From: an uncultured Holosporaceae bacterium
Lineage (GTDB): Bacteria > Pseudomonadota > Alphaproteobacteria > RUG11792
Length of the DNA stretch: 32,000 bases
Assembly: GCA_946408175.1 (NCBI GenBank)
Contig: CAMJRB010000001.1
Location: 4,867 to 36,866, forward strand
Direction: 5' to 3'
Part shown: positions 19,834-29,298 of the stretch, piece by piece
Numbering within the stretch: position 1 is the stretch's first letter
Layout: the number at the start of each line of letters is the position of its first letter
Program-made: the position numbers and the translations under genes
The notes under the pieces: model-generated
Told to the model about the DNA's origin: nothing
Databases searched by the model: none
The model's input: the letters and a program-made list of their open reading frames with translations, nothing else

Positions 19834-20487
19834 TTAACCTACTTTTTTATTCTCTTGCCTAATGGCATCTCTAATATAAACAATTCCATTTTTACCACCT
19901 GGAACTGCACCACGTACAAAAATTAGTCCCTTCTCTGGAGAGATCCAATTAACATGTAGATTTAAAACAGTTACTTTAGTGTTCCCCATGTGTCCTGCCA
20001 TTCTTTTACCTTTGAATACACGACCAGGCTCAGTTCTATTACCAGTAGATCCATGAGACCTATGAGATACTGAAACACCGTGAGTGGCTCTTAAACCACC
20101 AAAACCATAACGTTTCATACCACCAGCAAAACCTTTACCTTTAGTTATACCAGTAACATCTATTAAATCACCTGGTTTAAAGTGTTCGACTGTTATAACA
20201 TCTCCAACTTTGTACGCTGAAGAATCATCAACTCTAAAATCTTTTAATATACGGAAACTACTTAAATTATGTTTTTTAAAAAACCCAAGCTGAGCTTTAT
20301 TAATGTGTTTTCCATTTTCTTCAATTCTAGTGCCTAATTGGACGGACTCAACTCCATCATGATTCTTATTTCTAAGAGCAACAACTGTACAAGGCTCAAC
20401 TTTTAAAATAGTAATAGCTTTTAGTACACCATTGTCGTCAAAATACTGAGTCATGCCGACTTTTTCGGCTATTAACCCTACTCTCAT
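19834..20487 (-). CDS. rplC: 50S ribosomal protein L3
   Basis: 217 aa, GLIAEKVGMTQYF...GKGFAGGMKRYGFGGLRATHGVSVSHRSHGSTGNRTEPGRVFKGKRMAGHMG. Confidence 0.97.
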   Translation of the reverse strand: MRVGLIAEKVGMTQYFDDNGVLKAITILKVEPCTVVALRNKNHDGVESVQLGTRIEENGKHINKAQLGFFKKHNLSSFRILKDFRVDDSSAYKVGDVITVEHFKPGDLIDVTGITKGKGFAGGMKRYGFGGLRATHGVSVSHRSHGSTGNRTEPGRVFKGKRMAGHMGNTKVTVLNLHVNWISPEKGLIFVRGAVPGGKNGIVYIRDAIRQENKKVG

Positions 20488-20509
20488 AAATTATTTCCCT
20501 CAATAAATT

Positions 20510-20833
20510 TTAAACTTTTACTTCTACATCCACACCAGCAGCAAGATCAAGTTTCATTAATGCATCTACTGTCTGTGGCAAGCAATCTTTAATATCGATC
20601 AATCTAGCGTGAGTTCTAATTTCAAACTGTTCTCTAGATTTCTTATCCACATGAGGAGAACGATTAACTGTGAATCGTTCAATATGCGTTGGAAGAGGAA
20701 TAGGACCTCTCACTGTAGATCCTGTTCTCTCTGCCGTTTTTACTATTTCTTTCACTGACTGGTCCAACAACTTATGATCATAAGCTCTTAGTCTTATACG
20801 AATATTCGTACCACTATTGATTGTACTACTCAT
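20510..20833 (-). CDS. rpsJ: 30S ribosomal protein S10
   Basis: 107 aa, [16 protein letters not shown]...GPIPLPT...[24 protein letters not shown]. Confidence 0.98.
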   Translation of the reverse strand: MSSTINSGTNIRIRLRAYDHKLLDQSVKEIVKTAERTGSTVRGPIPLPTHIERFTVNRSPHVDKKSREQFEIRTHARLIDIKDCLPQTVDALMKLDLAAGVDVEVKV

Positions 20834-20859
20834 AAATATAATTCCTCTTCCACAAAAGT

Positions 20860-22065
20860 TTAAGCAACTATTTCAGTAACTACACCAGCTCCGATTGTTC
20901 TACCACCCTCACGAATAGCGAATTTCAATCCTTTTTCCATAGCCACTGGACTAATGAGTTCTATTTCCATACCATCAACGTTATCTCCTGGCATTACCAT
21001 TTCAACTCCTGCTGGTAGTGAAATAGATCCAGTAACATCAGTAGTTCTGAAATAAAATTGAGGTCTGTAATGTTGTCCGAAAGTTGTATGACGTCCACCT
21101 TCTTCTTTTGTTAATACATATACTTGAGCTTTGAATTTAGTATGAGGAGTAACTGTTCCTGGTTTTGCAAGAACTTGTCCTCTTTCAACTTCAGTTCTAT
21201 CAATACCTCTCAACAATACTCCTACGTTATCTCCAGCTTCTCCTTGGTCAAGAAGTTTTCTGAACATTTCAATACCAGTAACTGTTGTCTTCTTAGTTTC
21301 TCTTAATCCAACAATTTCTACTTCATCGTTCAAGTGAACAATACCACGCTCTATACGACCAGTAACAACTGTTCCACGTCCGGTAATTGTAAATACATCT
21401 TCAATAGCCAAAGCAAAAGGCTTATCAGTTTCTCTTACTGGATCTGGAATATAAGTATCTACAGCATCCATTAATTTATCAATGGAAGGAGCTCCTAATT
21501 CATTAGAATTATCTTCAGGATTCTCTAAAGCAACTAATGCTGATCCTCTAATTATTGGAGTATTAGCTCCATCGAAACCATAAGATGATAATAAGTCTCT
21601 TACTTCCTCTTCAACTAAGTCTATCATTTCAGCATCGTCAACTAAATCACACTTATTTAGATAAACAACTATCTTCTGAATACCAACTTGTCTAGCCAAT
21701 AATATGTGCTCTCTAGTTTGAGGCATAGCACCATCAGTAGCAGCAACAACTAATATTGCTCCATCCATTTGAGCTGCACCAGTAATCATATTCTTTACAT
21801 AGTCAGCGTGTCCAGGGCAGTCCACATGAGCATAGTGTCTCTTGTCAGTTTCATATTCAACGTGAGCTGTATTAATAGTTATACCTCTTGCTTTCTCTTC
21901 AGGTGCAGCATCTATTTGGTCATACCCCTTAGCTTGAGCTTTACCTTTTTTAGATAATACTGTAGTTATAGCTGCAGTTAATGTTGTCTTACCGTGGTCA
22001 ACGTGACCAATAGTACCTATATTACAATGTGGTTTATTTCTTATAAACTTCTCTTTCTCTGGCAT
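20860..22065 (-). CDS. tuf: Translation elongation factor Tu
   Basis: 401 aa with GTPase motifs [17 protein letters not shown] and NKCD, plus the EF-Tu domains 2 and 3. Confidence 0.98.
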   Translation of the reverse strand: MPEKEKFIRNKPHCNIGTIGHVDHGKTTLTAAITTVLSKKGKAQAKGYDQIDAAPEEKARGITINTAHVEYETDKRHYAHVDCPGHADYVKNMITGAAQMDGAILVVAATDGAMPQTREHILLARQVGIQKIVVYLNKCDLVDDAEMIDLVEEEVRDLLSSYGFDGANTPIIRGSALVALENPEDNSNELGAPSIDKLMDAVDTYIPDPVRETDKPFALAIEDVFTITGRGTVVTGRIERGIVHLNDEVEIVGLRETKKTTVTGIEMFRKLLDQGEAGDNVGVLLRGIDRTEVERGQVLAKPGTVTPHTKFKAQVYVLTKEEGGRHTTFGQHYRPQFYFRTTDVTGSISLPAGVEMVMPGDNVDGMEIELISPVAMEKGLKFAIREGGRTIGAGVVTEIVA

Positions 22066-22108
22066 TTTTTACTCCATAAAAAAAATACAATAACAATCAT
22101 ATACCATT

Positions 22109-24190
22109 TTATGATATTTTCTTCTTAATTTCATCTGCAATCTGCTGTGGAACTTGATCATAGTGATCAAACACCATAGTAAATTGAGCCCTACCTTGAC
22201 TCATAGACCTCAAGGAATTAACATATCCAAACATATTAGCTAATGGAACCATAGCAGAAATTTCTTTAGCATTCCCTCTCTGATCCATTCTAGATATCTG
22301 TCCTCTTCTGCTATTTAAATCTCCAATAATATCTCCCATATAATCTTCAGGAGTTACTACATCTACTTTCATAATGGGTTCTAGTAATCTTGGAGAACAT
22401 TTAATTATACCTTCTCTAAAGGCAGCTCTTCCAGCTATTTCGAAAGCTAATACGCTTGAATCTACTGGGTGGAATGCACCATCAATTAAAATAGCTTTAA
22501 AATCTATCATTGGAAAACCAGCTATTACACCATTTTCCTTTGCTGCTTCTAATCCCTTAATTACACCTGGTATATATTCCTTAGGAATTGCTCCTCCAAC
22601 TATTTTATTTTCAAATACAAATCCTTCTCCTGGCTGTAATGGTTCAAAGATAATTTTAACTCTAGCAAATTGTCCAGCACCACCTGTTTGTTTCTTGTGA
22701 GTGTAATCTATTTCATTTTGCTTTGTAATAGTTTCTCTATACGCAACTTGAGGAGCACCCACTTTTGCACCGACTTTATATTCTCTCTTTAATCTATCAA
22801 CCATTATTTCAAGATGGAGTTCTCCCATACCTTTTATAATGGTCTGTCCAGTCTCAACATTAGATGCAACTTTAAATGAAGGATCTTCAGTAGCTAATCT
22901 AGATAAAGCTAATCCCATTTTTTCTTGATCCGCCTTAGTATTAGGTTCTATTGCTATTTCTATAACAGGTTCTGGGAAATCCATCTTTTCAAGTATCACA
23001 GGATTATTAGGATCACAAAGTGTATCACCAGTAGTAGTATTCTTTAATCCTACAATAGCCACTATATCACCAGCGTTGGCTTCCTTTATTTCTTCTCTTT
23101 TATTAGCATGCATTAGCAACATTCTTCCAATACGCTCAGGCTTGTCTTTCACTGAATTCAACACAGTTGATCCAGATTCAAGCTTTCCTGAATATAGTCT
23201 GAAAAATGTTAAGTTACCAACGAATGGATCAGTCATGATTTTAAAAGCTAATCCAGACAAAGGAGCTTCTTTTACTAACTTTCTAGTAGCTTCATCACCA
23301 TTGGGCTTGGAACATTTTACTTCTCCCAAATCAGCAGGAGATGGTAGATAATAAACAACAGCATCTAATAAAGGTTGAATACCTTTGTTTTTAAATGCTG
23401 TTCCACACAGTACTGGTACGAATTTATATCCTATGGTTCCTTTTCTAATACATTTTCTAAGTTCATCGGCTGATGGTTCATTACCTTCCAAATATTTCTC
23501 CATTACTGCATCATCAGCTTCAACAACTATTTCTACTAGTTTCTTATGATATGCTTCAGCTTGAGATTTCATATCCTCAGGAATTTCAACGATATCATAA
23601 TGAGCCCCCATATCTTCAGTGTGCCAAACATAAGCTTTCATTTCTATGAGATCTACCACACCTTTGAAATCGGCTTCAACTCCTATTGGTAATTCAATTG
23701 GTACTGGTGTTGCTCCTAATCTATCCACTATCATATCAACACAACGGAAGAAACTGGCTCCCATCCTATCCATCTTATTTACAAAACAGATTCTGGGAAC
23801 GTTATACTTATCAGCCTGTCTCCAAACAGTTTCAGATTGAGGTTCTACTCCAGCTACTCCATCGAATACTGTAACTGCTCCATCCAATACTCTTAAACAT
23901 CTTTCCACTTCAACAGTGAAATCCACGTGTCCAGGAGTATCAATAATGTTAATTCTATGATCTTTCCAAAAACAAGTAGTGGCTGCTGAAGTTATAGTAA
24001 TACCTCTCTCCTGCTCTTGTTCCATCCAATCCATAGTTGCAGCACCTTCATGGACTTCACCAATCTTATAAGATTTACCAGTATAAAACAATATACGCTC
24101 AGTAGTTGTAGTTTTACCTGCATCTATATGAGCCATTATTCCTATGTTTCTATAATGTTCTACTGGTATTATTCCATTACTATCAGCCAT
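22109..24190 (-). CDS. fusA: Translation elongation factor G
   Basis: 693 aa with [23 protein letters not shown] and NKMD, and domain IV/V signatures ([16 protein letters not shown]). Confidence 0.98.
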   Translation of the reverse strand: MADSNGIIPVEHYRNIGIMAHIDAGKTTTTERILFYTGKSYKIGEVHEGAATMDWMEQEQERGITITSAATTCFWKDHRINIIDTPGHVDFTVEVERCLRVLDGAVTVFDGVAGVEPQSETVWRQADKYNVPRICFVNKMDRMGASFFRCVDMIVDRLGATPVPIELPIGVEADFKGVVDLIEMKAYVWHTEDMGAHYDIVEIPEDMKSQAEAYHKKLVEIVVEADDAVMEKYLEGNEPSADELRKCIRKGTIGYKFVPVLCGTAFKNKGIQPLLDAVVYYLPSPADLGEVKCSKPNGDEATRKLVKEAPLSGLAFKIMTDPFVGNLTFFRLYSGKLESGSTVLNSVKDKPERIGRMLLMHANKREEIKEANAGDIVAIVGLKNTTTGDTLCDPNNPVILEKMDFPEPVIEIAIEPNTKADQEKMGLALSRLATEDPSFKVASNVETGQTIIKGMGELHLEIMVDRLKREYKVGAKVGAPQVAYRETITKQNEIDYTHKKQTGGAGQFARVKIIFEPLQPGEGFVFENKIVGGAIPKEYIPGVIKGLEAAKENGVIAGFPMIDFKAILIDGAFHPVDSSVLAFEIAGRAAFREGIIKCSPRLLEPIMKVDVVTPEDYMGDIIGDLNSRRGQISRMDQRGNAKEISAMVPLANMFGYVNSLRSMSQGRAQFTMVFDHYDQVPQQIADEIKKKIS

Positions 24191-24201
24191 AAGTCACCCC
24201 A

Positions 24202-24672
24202 TTACCAACTGTAATGAGCAAATGCCTTATTGGCTTCTGCCATCTTATGAGTATCATCACGTTTTTTAACAGCATTACCTTTTCCTGCCACTGCATCAAG
24301 TATTTCAGCTGCTAATTTGTCTTCCATACTTTTTTCTGTTCTTGCACGAGCTGCGTTTATTAGCCATCTTATTGCTAATGCTTGAGATCTATTGGGAGCT
24401 ACCTCAGTAGGTACTTGATAAGTGGCACCACCAACACGTCTTGATCTAACTTCCAATCTTGGTTTTATATTATCTAAAGCTTCGAAAAATAGTTCCAAAC
24501 ACGATCTATCAATTTTGCTTTGAACTTGATCAAAAGCAGAATAGACTATTTTTTCTGCTGTAGTTTTTTTACCATCGTACATTAAACAATTCATGAATTT
24601 GGCTACAATAAGATCTTCATATTTTGGATCTTTTTCTATTTCTCTTGTTTGAGCTGATCTACGCCTTGCCAT
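24202..24672 (-). CDS. rpsG: 30S ribosomal protein S7
   Basis: 156 aa, [20 protein letters not shown]...[11 protein letters not shown]...[10 protein letters not shown]...AFAHYSW. Confidence 0.98.
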   Translation of the reverse strand: MARRRSAQTREIEKDPKYEDLIVAKFMNCLMYDGKKTTAEKIVYSAFDQVQSKIDRSCLELFFEALDNIKPRLEVRSRRVGGATYQVPTEVAPNRSQALAIRWLINAARARTEKSMEDKLAAEILDAVAGKGNAVKKRDDTHKMAEANKAFAHYSW

Positions 24673-24721
24673 ATATTATATTTACCTTTCCTAAAAATAC
24701 TAGCACAATATCTAGAATTCT

Positions 24722-25138
24722 CTACTTTTTCTTACTCTTAGCGCTTGGAGTACCTGATTTCTCTTTCACTTGAGGCTTTTTAGCACCATATCTAGAACGA
24801 GCTTGTTTTCTATCTTTAACTCCTTGAGTATCTAATGTACCTCTGATTATATGATAACGGACACCAGGTAAATCTTTAACACGTCCTCCGCGAATAAGCA
24901 CTACTGAGTGCTCTTGCAAGTTGTGTCCAATACCTGGAATGTATCCTGTAACCTCATAACCATTATTTAACCTCACACGAGCTACTTTACGTAAAGCTGA
25001 GTTAGGTTTTTTTGGAGTCGCTGTATAGACACGCGAACATACACCTCTTTTTTGAGGACAATGTTCCATTGCAGGAGTTTTACTTCTGTAAACTACCTTT
25101 TTTCTTGGCTGTCGTGTCAATTGATTGACTGTAGGCAT
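24722..25138 (-). CDS. rpsL: 30S ribosomal protein S12
   Basis: 138 aa, MPTVNQLTR...[59 protein letters not shown]. It has a Lys-rich C-terminal tail, and the SD-like AGGAAAAAGG lies upstream of the ATG. Confidence 0.98.
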   Translation of the reverse strand: MPTVNQLTRQPRKKVVYRSKTPAMEHCPQKRGVCSRVYTATPKKPNSALRKVARVRLNNGYEVTGYIPGIGHNLQEHSVVLIRGGRVKDLPGVRYHIIRGTLDTQGVKDRKQARSRYGAKKPQVKEKSGTPSAKSKKK

Positions 25139-25175
25139 CCTTTTTCCTAGTTTAAAACACTACCTATTCAGATTA

Positions 25176-25205
25176 ATAATACTACTATACTTAGGATATT
25201 GTCAA
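25176..25205 (-). promoter_or_regulatory. Candidate sigma70-type promoter for the rpsL-led ribosomal cluster
   Basis: On the minus strand there is a perfect TTGACA (25205-25200), an 18-nt spacer, and TATTAT (25181-25176), placed ~40-65 nt upstream of the rpsL ATG. AT-rich -10-like hexamers are common by chance in this sequence, so the call is weak. Confidence 0.3.
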
Positions 25206-25634
25206 ATATGCCCATTGTAATAATAATTATCTATACTGAATCTCTTACTAATAAATTAACACAAAGTGTAACAAATATAATACAAAAATAATGGGACATA
25301 CTGCTATATAGTTTGTTAAATAATTAAAAATCTATTATAAGATGTTTTAATTAAGTATTAAATAGTATACAAATAATTTTTTTGAACAGAAAATTTTGTA
25401 TATATACTCAATAAAATTAATATAGTAAATAACTAATATTATTTATTCACTAGTAATATATTATTTAAAATCAACACACAAAATATACAAAATTTTTATA
25501 TATAATCATTGGTATTGATATATGTAATATATACATGATGTTAAAATAACATAACAAAATAAATATTATGGGGATACAAAAAGGTATTTTTCAAAATATA
25601 TTACTTATTATAATGTTGTATAATTTATGTATAT

Positions 25635-26426
25635 ATGTATAAAATGCTAAGTAATAACAAAATGTCTAAAAAAATTAGGGTTATTGGTTTAATAATAACA
25701 GTTTGCCTAATTTGTTCTTGTACCCGTAAAGTAGCAATAGACGAATCTAGATTAGTAGAAATACAATTGGATAACAACTATAAAATTGTCCCATTTGATA
25801 TTGAAAAATTCAAGACAAAACAGAGACAACAAGAAGAAAATTCAAAAGTTAAAGAAATTGTAACATTTGATATATATGCTAATAGTATTATTAATATATT
25901 TAAGGAATTAAAGAAAAATAATTTTAAATTAAATAATGTTGGATGTTATGCACCAAGAAATATAAGAAATGGTAAGACAAGGTCTTTACATGCCTATGCT
26001 TCAGCTATAGATGTTAATTCCAAACAAAACCCATACATTAATATCTGGACTAAAACAATTATACCTAGTATTGAAGACATGCAAGATGAAATTCATAACA
26101 AAGATTATTACTTAAAAAGGAATATAATAAGACCTGGCATGATAACAGAAAAAGAAGCTCAAATATTCTATAAGAATGGATTTACGCAGTGGGGAGGTAG
26201 TACTATATGGAAAGGGTGCCCTGATTATATGCATTTTCAAGTGTCTTTGGCCATAGCTAAAATAGTAACTCAATTACCTCCAGCACAAGCTAGAATATTT
26301 TGGAATAAATATTTACAAAATCCTCAAAAAATAATATTGGATCCATTTTTCAATCAAGATATTGACGAAAAAGATATAGAGTTTAAATCAATAATGAAAA
26401 GGATAAACAAAATACTACATAAATAA
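25635..26426 (+). CDS. Peptidase M15 family (VanY / D-Ala-D-Ala carboxypeptidase-like) cell-wall hydrolase, probable lipoprotein or signal-anchored
   Basis: 263 aa. The hydrophobic N-terminus VIGLIITVCLICSC suggests export. The Zn-ligand pattern resembles the M15 S-x-H-x-x-G-x-A-x-D motif, here RSLHAYASAIDVN (H119, D126), with a distal His in PDYMHFQV. The start is ambiguous among ATGs at 25635, 25644 and 25662. Confidence 0.7.
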   Translation: MYKMLSNNKMSKKIRVIGLIITVCLICSCTRKVAIDESRLVEIQLDNNYKIVPFDIEKFKTKQRQQEENSKVKEIVTFDIYANSIINIFKELKKNNFKLNNVGCYAPRNIRNGKTRSLHAYASAIDVNSKQNPYINIWTKTIIPSIEDMQDEIHNKDYYLKRNIIRPGMITEKEAQIFYKNGFTQWGGSTIWKGCPDYMHFQVSLAIAKIVTQLPPAQARIFWNKYLQNPQKIILDPFFNQDIDEKDIEFKSIMKRINKILHK

Positions 26427-26517
26427 TATTTAATAAAGTACTATTTTTGTACATTAGTATTGTTTATAGAATTTTATATTGTGGTTGATTGTACATTATG
26501 TTAAAATAAATATGAAT

Positions 26518-26595
26518 CGGGAAGTGGCGCAGTCTGGCTAGCGTATTTGTTTAGGGTACAAAGGGTCGGAGGTTCGAATCCTCTCTTCCCGACCA
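26518..26595 (+). tRNA. tRNA-Pro, apparent anticodon AGG, with encoded CCA end
   Basis: Hand-folded cloverleaf. Acceptor stem CGGGAAG/CTTCCCG with discriminator A and CCA. D arm GCGC-AGTCTGGCTA-GCGT. Anticodon stem TTTGT/ACAAA with loop TTAGGGT. Variable loop GGGTC. T arm GGAGG-TTCGAAT-CCTCT. The overall sequence is close to bacterial tRNA-Pro (C1-G72, A73, G35 G36 G37). Confidence 0.9.
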
Positions 26596-27158
26596 AGAAT
26601 ATTGCTGATAATCTTGATGTGATTGAACTGTTTTTTTATAGTCTAAGTATATATTGTAAATACACATAATATTGTTTAGTGTTTTTTTATATTATTGCTG
26701 ATTATATAAAACAATACTTCCTGAAAGTTTTACACATTGCAAATCAATCTCTTTAAACCGCTGAACTACTAATAAGTATTGCTTCCTGTTACTATATAAA
26801 AATATATTATTACAATTGCAGTCCATCTTCCAAAAAAATCCTAATACACTGTTCACATTTGTTATTGATAGTTAATGACTATTTTTTACTGTACTGTTTG
26901 TGGTAATAATAATATTATCTAAAGCATTGCATGTATTAACCATTTCACTACTGAAGATTATACATACTAGTCCCAATTTTATTTTAATTTTAAATATCAT
27001 TTATAATCTAAACTAAAACAGCGATATATTATGCTTGTACAATCAAAGATCAATAGTGCATTATTTTTTAATAAAATAAAATTAAATATTTAATAGAATC
27101 AAATTCTTAAAAGACACAAATATGTTATATTATATATATAATATGTAATATAAATATT

Positions 27159-27728
27159 TTACTTTTTAAATTTCCTAGGCTGGGTTTTTGCTATTTCTTG
27201 GAAATACAGTTCACTCCAACTTCTACCATGTGGATCTTTTCTTCTTTTACAATGTTTTTTAATATAATTAGACAATTTTAAACTATCTTTAGGTAACGAT
27301 TGTACTCTTACTTTATGGGGTTTTAATTTACTAATACCTAATTTCTTCGCGGCTCCATAGGATAAATCTATAATTCTGCCTTTATATACATAAGGTCCTC
27401 TATCATCTACCACTACTCTTATTGACTTTCCAGTTTTTAAACTAGTTACATTGACAACTGTAGGCAATGGTAAAGTCCTATGAGCTGCTGTCATATCATT
27501 TTTATTAAACACTTCACCAGTAGCTTTTTTATTACCATGGCACTCAGCACCATACCAAGAAGCTAATCCCGTTTCATCATATTCATAATAATTCTGAGGA
27601 TAGTACCATTTCCCTCTACAGTAGTAAGGTTTAGATGATACATTAGTACCACCTGTATGAGTCTTGTGTGAACAACCGCTTAGTAATATTGATATAAATA
27701 ATACTAATGATATATATTTTACTAGCAT
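27159..27728 (-). CDS. rlpA: Septal ring lytic transglycosylase RlpA family lipoprotein (rare lipoprotein A, DPBB domain)
   Basis: 189 aa with lipobox LLSGC and the DPBB core GLASWYGAECHGNKKATGEVFNKNDMTAAHRTLPLPTVVNVTSLKTGKSIRVVVDDRGPY...IDLSYGAAKKLG. Confidence 0.9.
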   Translation of the reverse strand: MLVKYISLVLFISILLSGCSHKTHTGGTNVSSKPYYCRGKWYYPQNYYEYDETGLASWYGAECHGNKKATGEVFNKNDMTAAHRTLPLPTVVNVTSLKTGKSIRVVVDDRGPYVYKGRIIDLSYGAAKKLGISKLKPHKVRVQSLPKDSLKLSNYIKKHCKRRKDPHGRSWSELYFQEIAKTQPRKFKK

Positions 27729-27731
27729 ATA

Positions 27732-28970
27732 CTATATCTCATATAAGTTGTTATTACTTGATTTACCTAGAACTGTTAAAGTATACTTATTATTATTTAA
27801 AATAATATGTGCCGTGTCTTTTATATCACCAATATTCAAACAATTTATATTATTTATAGTTTCATTTATATCAGTTAATTTTCCTTCCAGTAAATATTGT
27901 GAAGCTATTCTTTCCATTCTATTAGAACTATTTTCTAATCCCATTAATATAGATGCTTTTAGTTGCATTTTAGATTTATTTAATTCATCAATACTTAAAT
28001 CATTTTGAATATTTACTATTTCATTTTTTACTATTTTTATAACTTCTTCAGTTTTAGAAGGTTCACAAGCAGCATAAACACTAAAAGTTCCAGTATCTCT
28101 AAATGAAGATGTAGTTGAATAAATAGTATATACTAATCCTCTTTTTTCTCTTACCTCTTGAAATAATCTAGAAGAAGTTCCAGCACCTAATATTACAGAT
28201 AATAGTTTCAATTTATACTTATTAATACTAGTATGTGAATAACCCTCATATCCAACCATTAAATGAGTTTGTTCTAAATCTTTTTCTTTATAAGTATAAC
28301 CACCAGTATAATTTTGTTTTTCTACTGATTTGGTTTGAAATTGTTTTAATTTTACTACAAATTTATTAGCTAATTCTAACAATTCATTATGATTGACATT
28401 ACCACTAGCGACTAATACCATTTTATCTATTGAATAATTAGCATCCATATAATGTCTCATGTCATCAGGAGTATAAGATAATATTCCTTCTTCGAATCCT
28501 AAGATTGGGGACCCTAATTGTTCATTAGTAAAACAAGTAGATTGAAATAAATCTGAAATATAATCATCAGGTGAATCATTAACCATCTTAATTTCTTGAA
28601 TGACAACTTTTCTTTCTCTATCGAACTCTACTGGGTCAAAAGTAGGATTCTGCAACATATCACTAATAATATCAATGGCTAAAGATAAATGTTCTTTTAA
28701 TATTTTCACATGAAATCCAGTCATTTCCTGGCCAGTAAAAGCATTAATAATACCTCCCACTGATTCAATTTCATTAGAAATTTGTAAGGCACTTCTATTA
28801 GTAGTTCCTTTGAACACCATATGTTCTAGAAAATGAGATAATCCCTTTTGGTTATATTCTTCATTTACAGAACCTACATTTACGAATATTCCTAAAGATA
28901 TAGTTTCAACACTATCTATACTGTCAGATATTACAATTAATCCATTATTCAACTTAGTGACTTGTACCAT
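27732..28970 (-). CDS. M16 family zinc metallopeptidase (pitrilysin / mitochondrial-processing-peptidase-like)
   Basis: 412 aa. It has the inverted zinc motif HFLEHMVFKGT (HxxEH) near the N-terminus, followed by EIESVGGIINAFT. The size and two-domain layout are typical of bacterial M16B peptidases. It lies 3 nt upstream of rlpA. Confidence 0.88.
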   Translation of the reverse strand: MVQVTKLNNGLIVISDSIDSVETISLGIFVNVGSVNEEYNQKGLSHFLEHMVFKGTTNRSALQISNEIESVGGIINAFTGQEMTGFHVKILKEHLSLAIDIISDMLQNPTFDPVEFDRERKVVIQEIKMVNDSPDDYISDLFQSTCFTNEQLGSPILGFEEGILSYTPDDMRHYMDANYSIDKMVLVASGNVNHNELLELANKFVVKLKQFQTKSVEKQNYTGGYTYKEKDLEQTHLMVGYEGYSHTSINKYKLKLLSVILGAGTSSRLFQEVREKRGLVYTIYSTTSSFRDTGTFSVYAACEPSKTEEVIKIVKNEIVNIQNDLSIDELNKSKMQLKASILMGLENSSNRMERIASQYLLEGKLTDINETINNINCLNIGDIKDTAHIILNNNKYTLTVLGKSSNNNLYEI

Positions 28971-29298
28971 TTTTTCAATATAGTAAATATTTTATTAATT
29001 TCAGTGTAGCATAGATAATTTTTTATGATGAGAAAAATATAAGCCCATCGTTAGTAAATAACTTTTACTACACCATAATTATATATAGTAAGATAATAAA
29101 TAATTTGAAATGGATAAATTATATATTAATATATAAAATATATATATAATTGTATTCTAAAACAATATATTATAGCATATGGCTTCTACCTGGTTTTAAC
29201 AAAATTATATTGTTCCAATTTAATTTTATCTAGTTTTATAATTATATAGTTAATTTATTTGAGTATACAATATATATTGTGTATATAGTAAATGTTTG

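Noticed and set aside
26597-26706. Short direct repeats just 3' of the tRNA-Pro, ATTGCTGATAAT at 26601-26612 and ATTGCTGATTAT at 26694-26705, which could be att-site remnants of a tRNA-targeted island.
   Set aside because: The repeats are only ~12 nt and AT-rich, so a chance match is plausible. No integrase or mobile-element gene is present, and the downstream genes (rlpA, M16 peptidase) are housekeeping genes with host-like composition.
29267-29280. 14-bp perfect palindrome ACAATATATATTGT just downstream of the 773-aa ORF stop, a possible terminator.
   Set aside because: It is an all-AT stem with no loop and no following U-tract on the minus strand, so it would be thermodynamically negligible as an intrinsic terminator.
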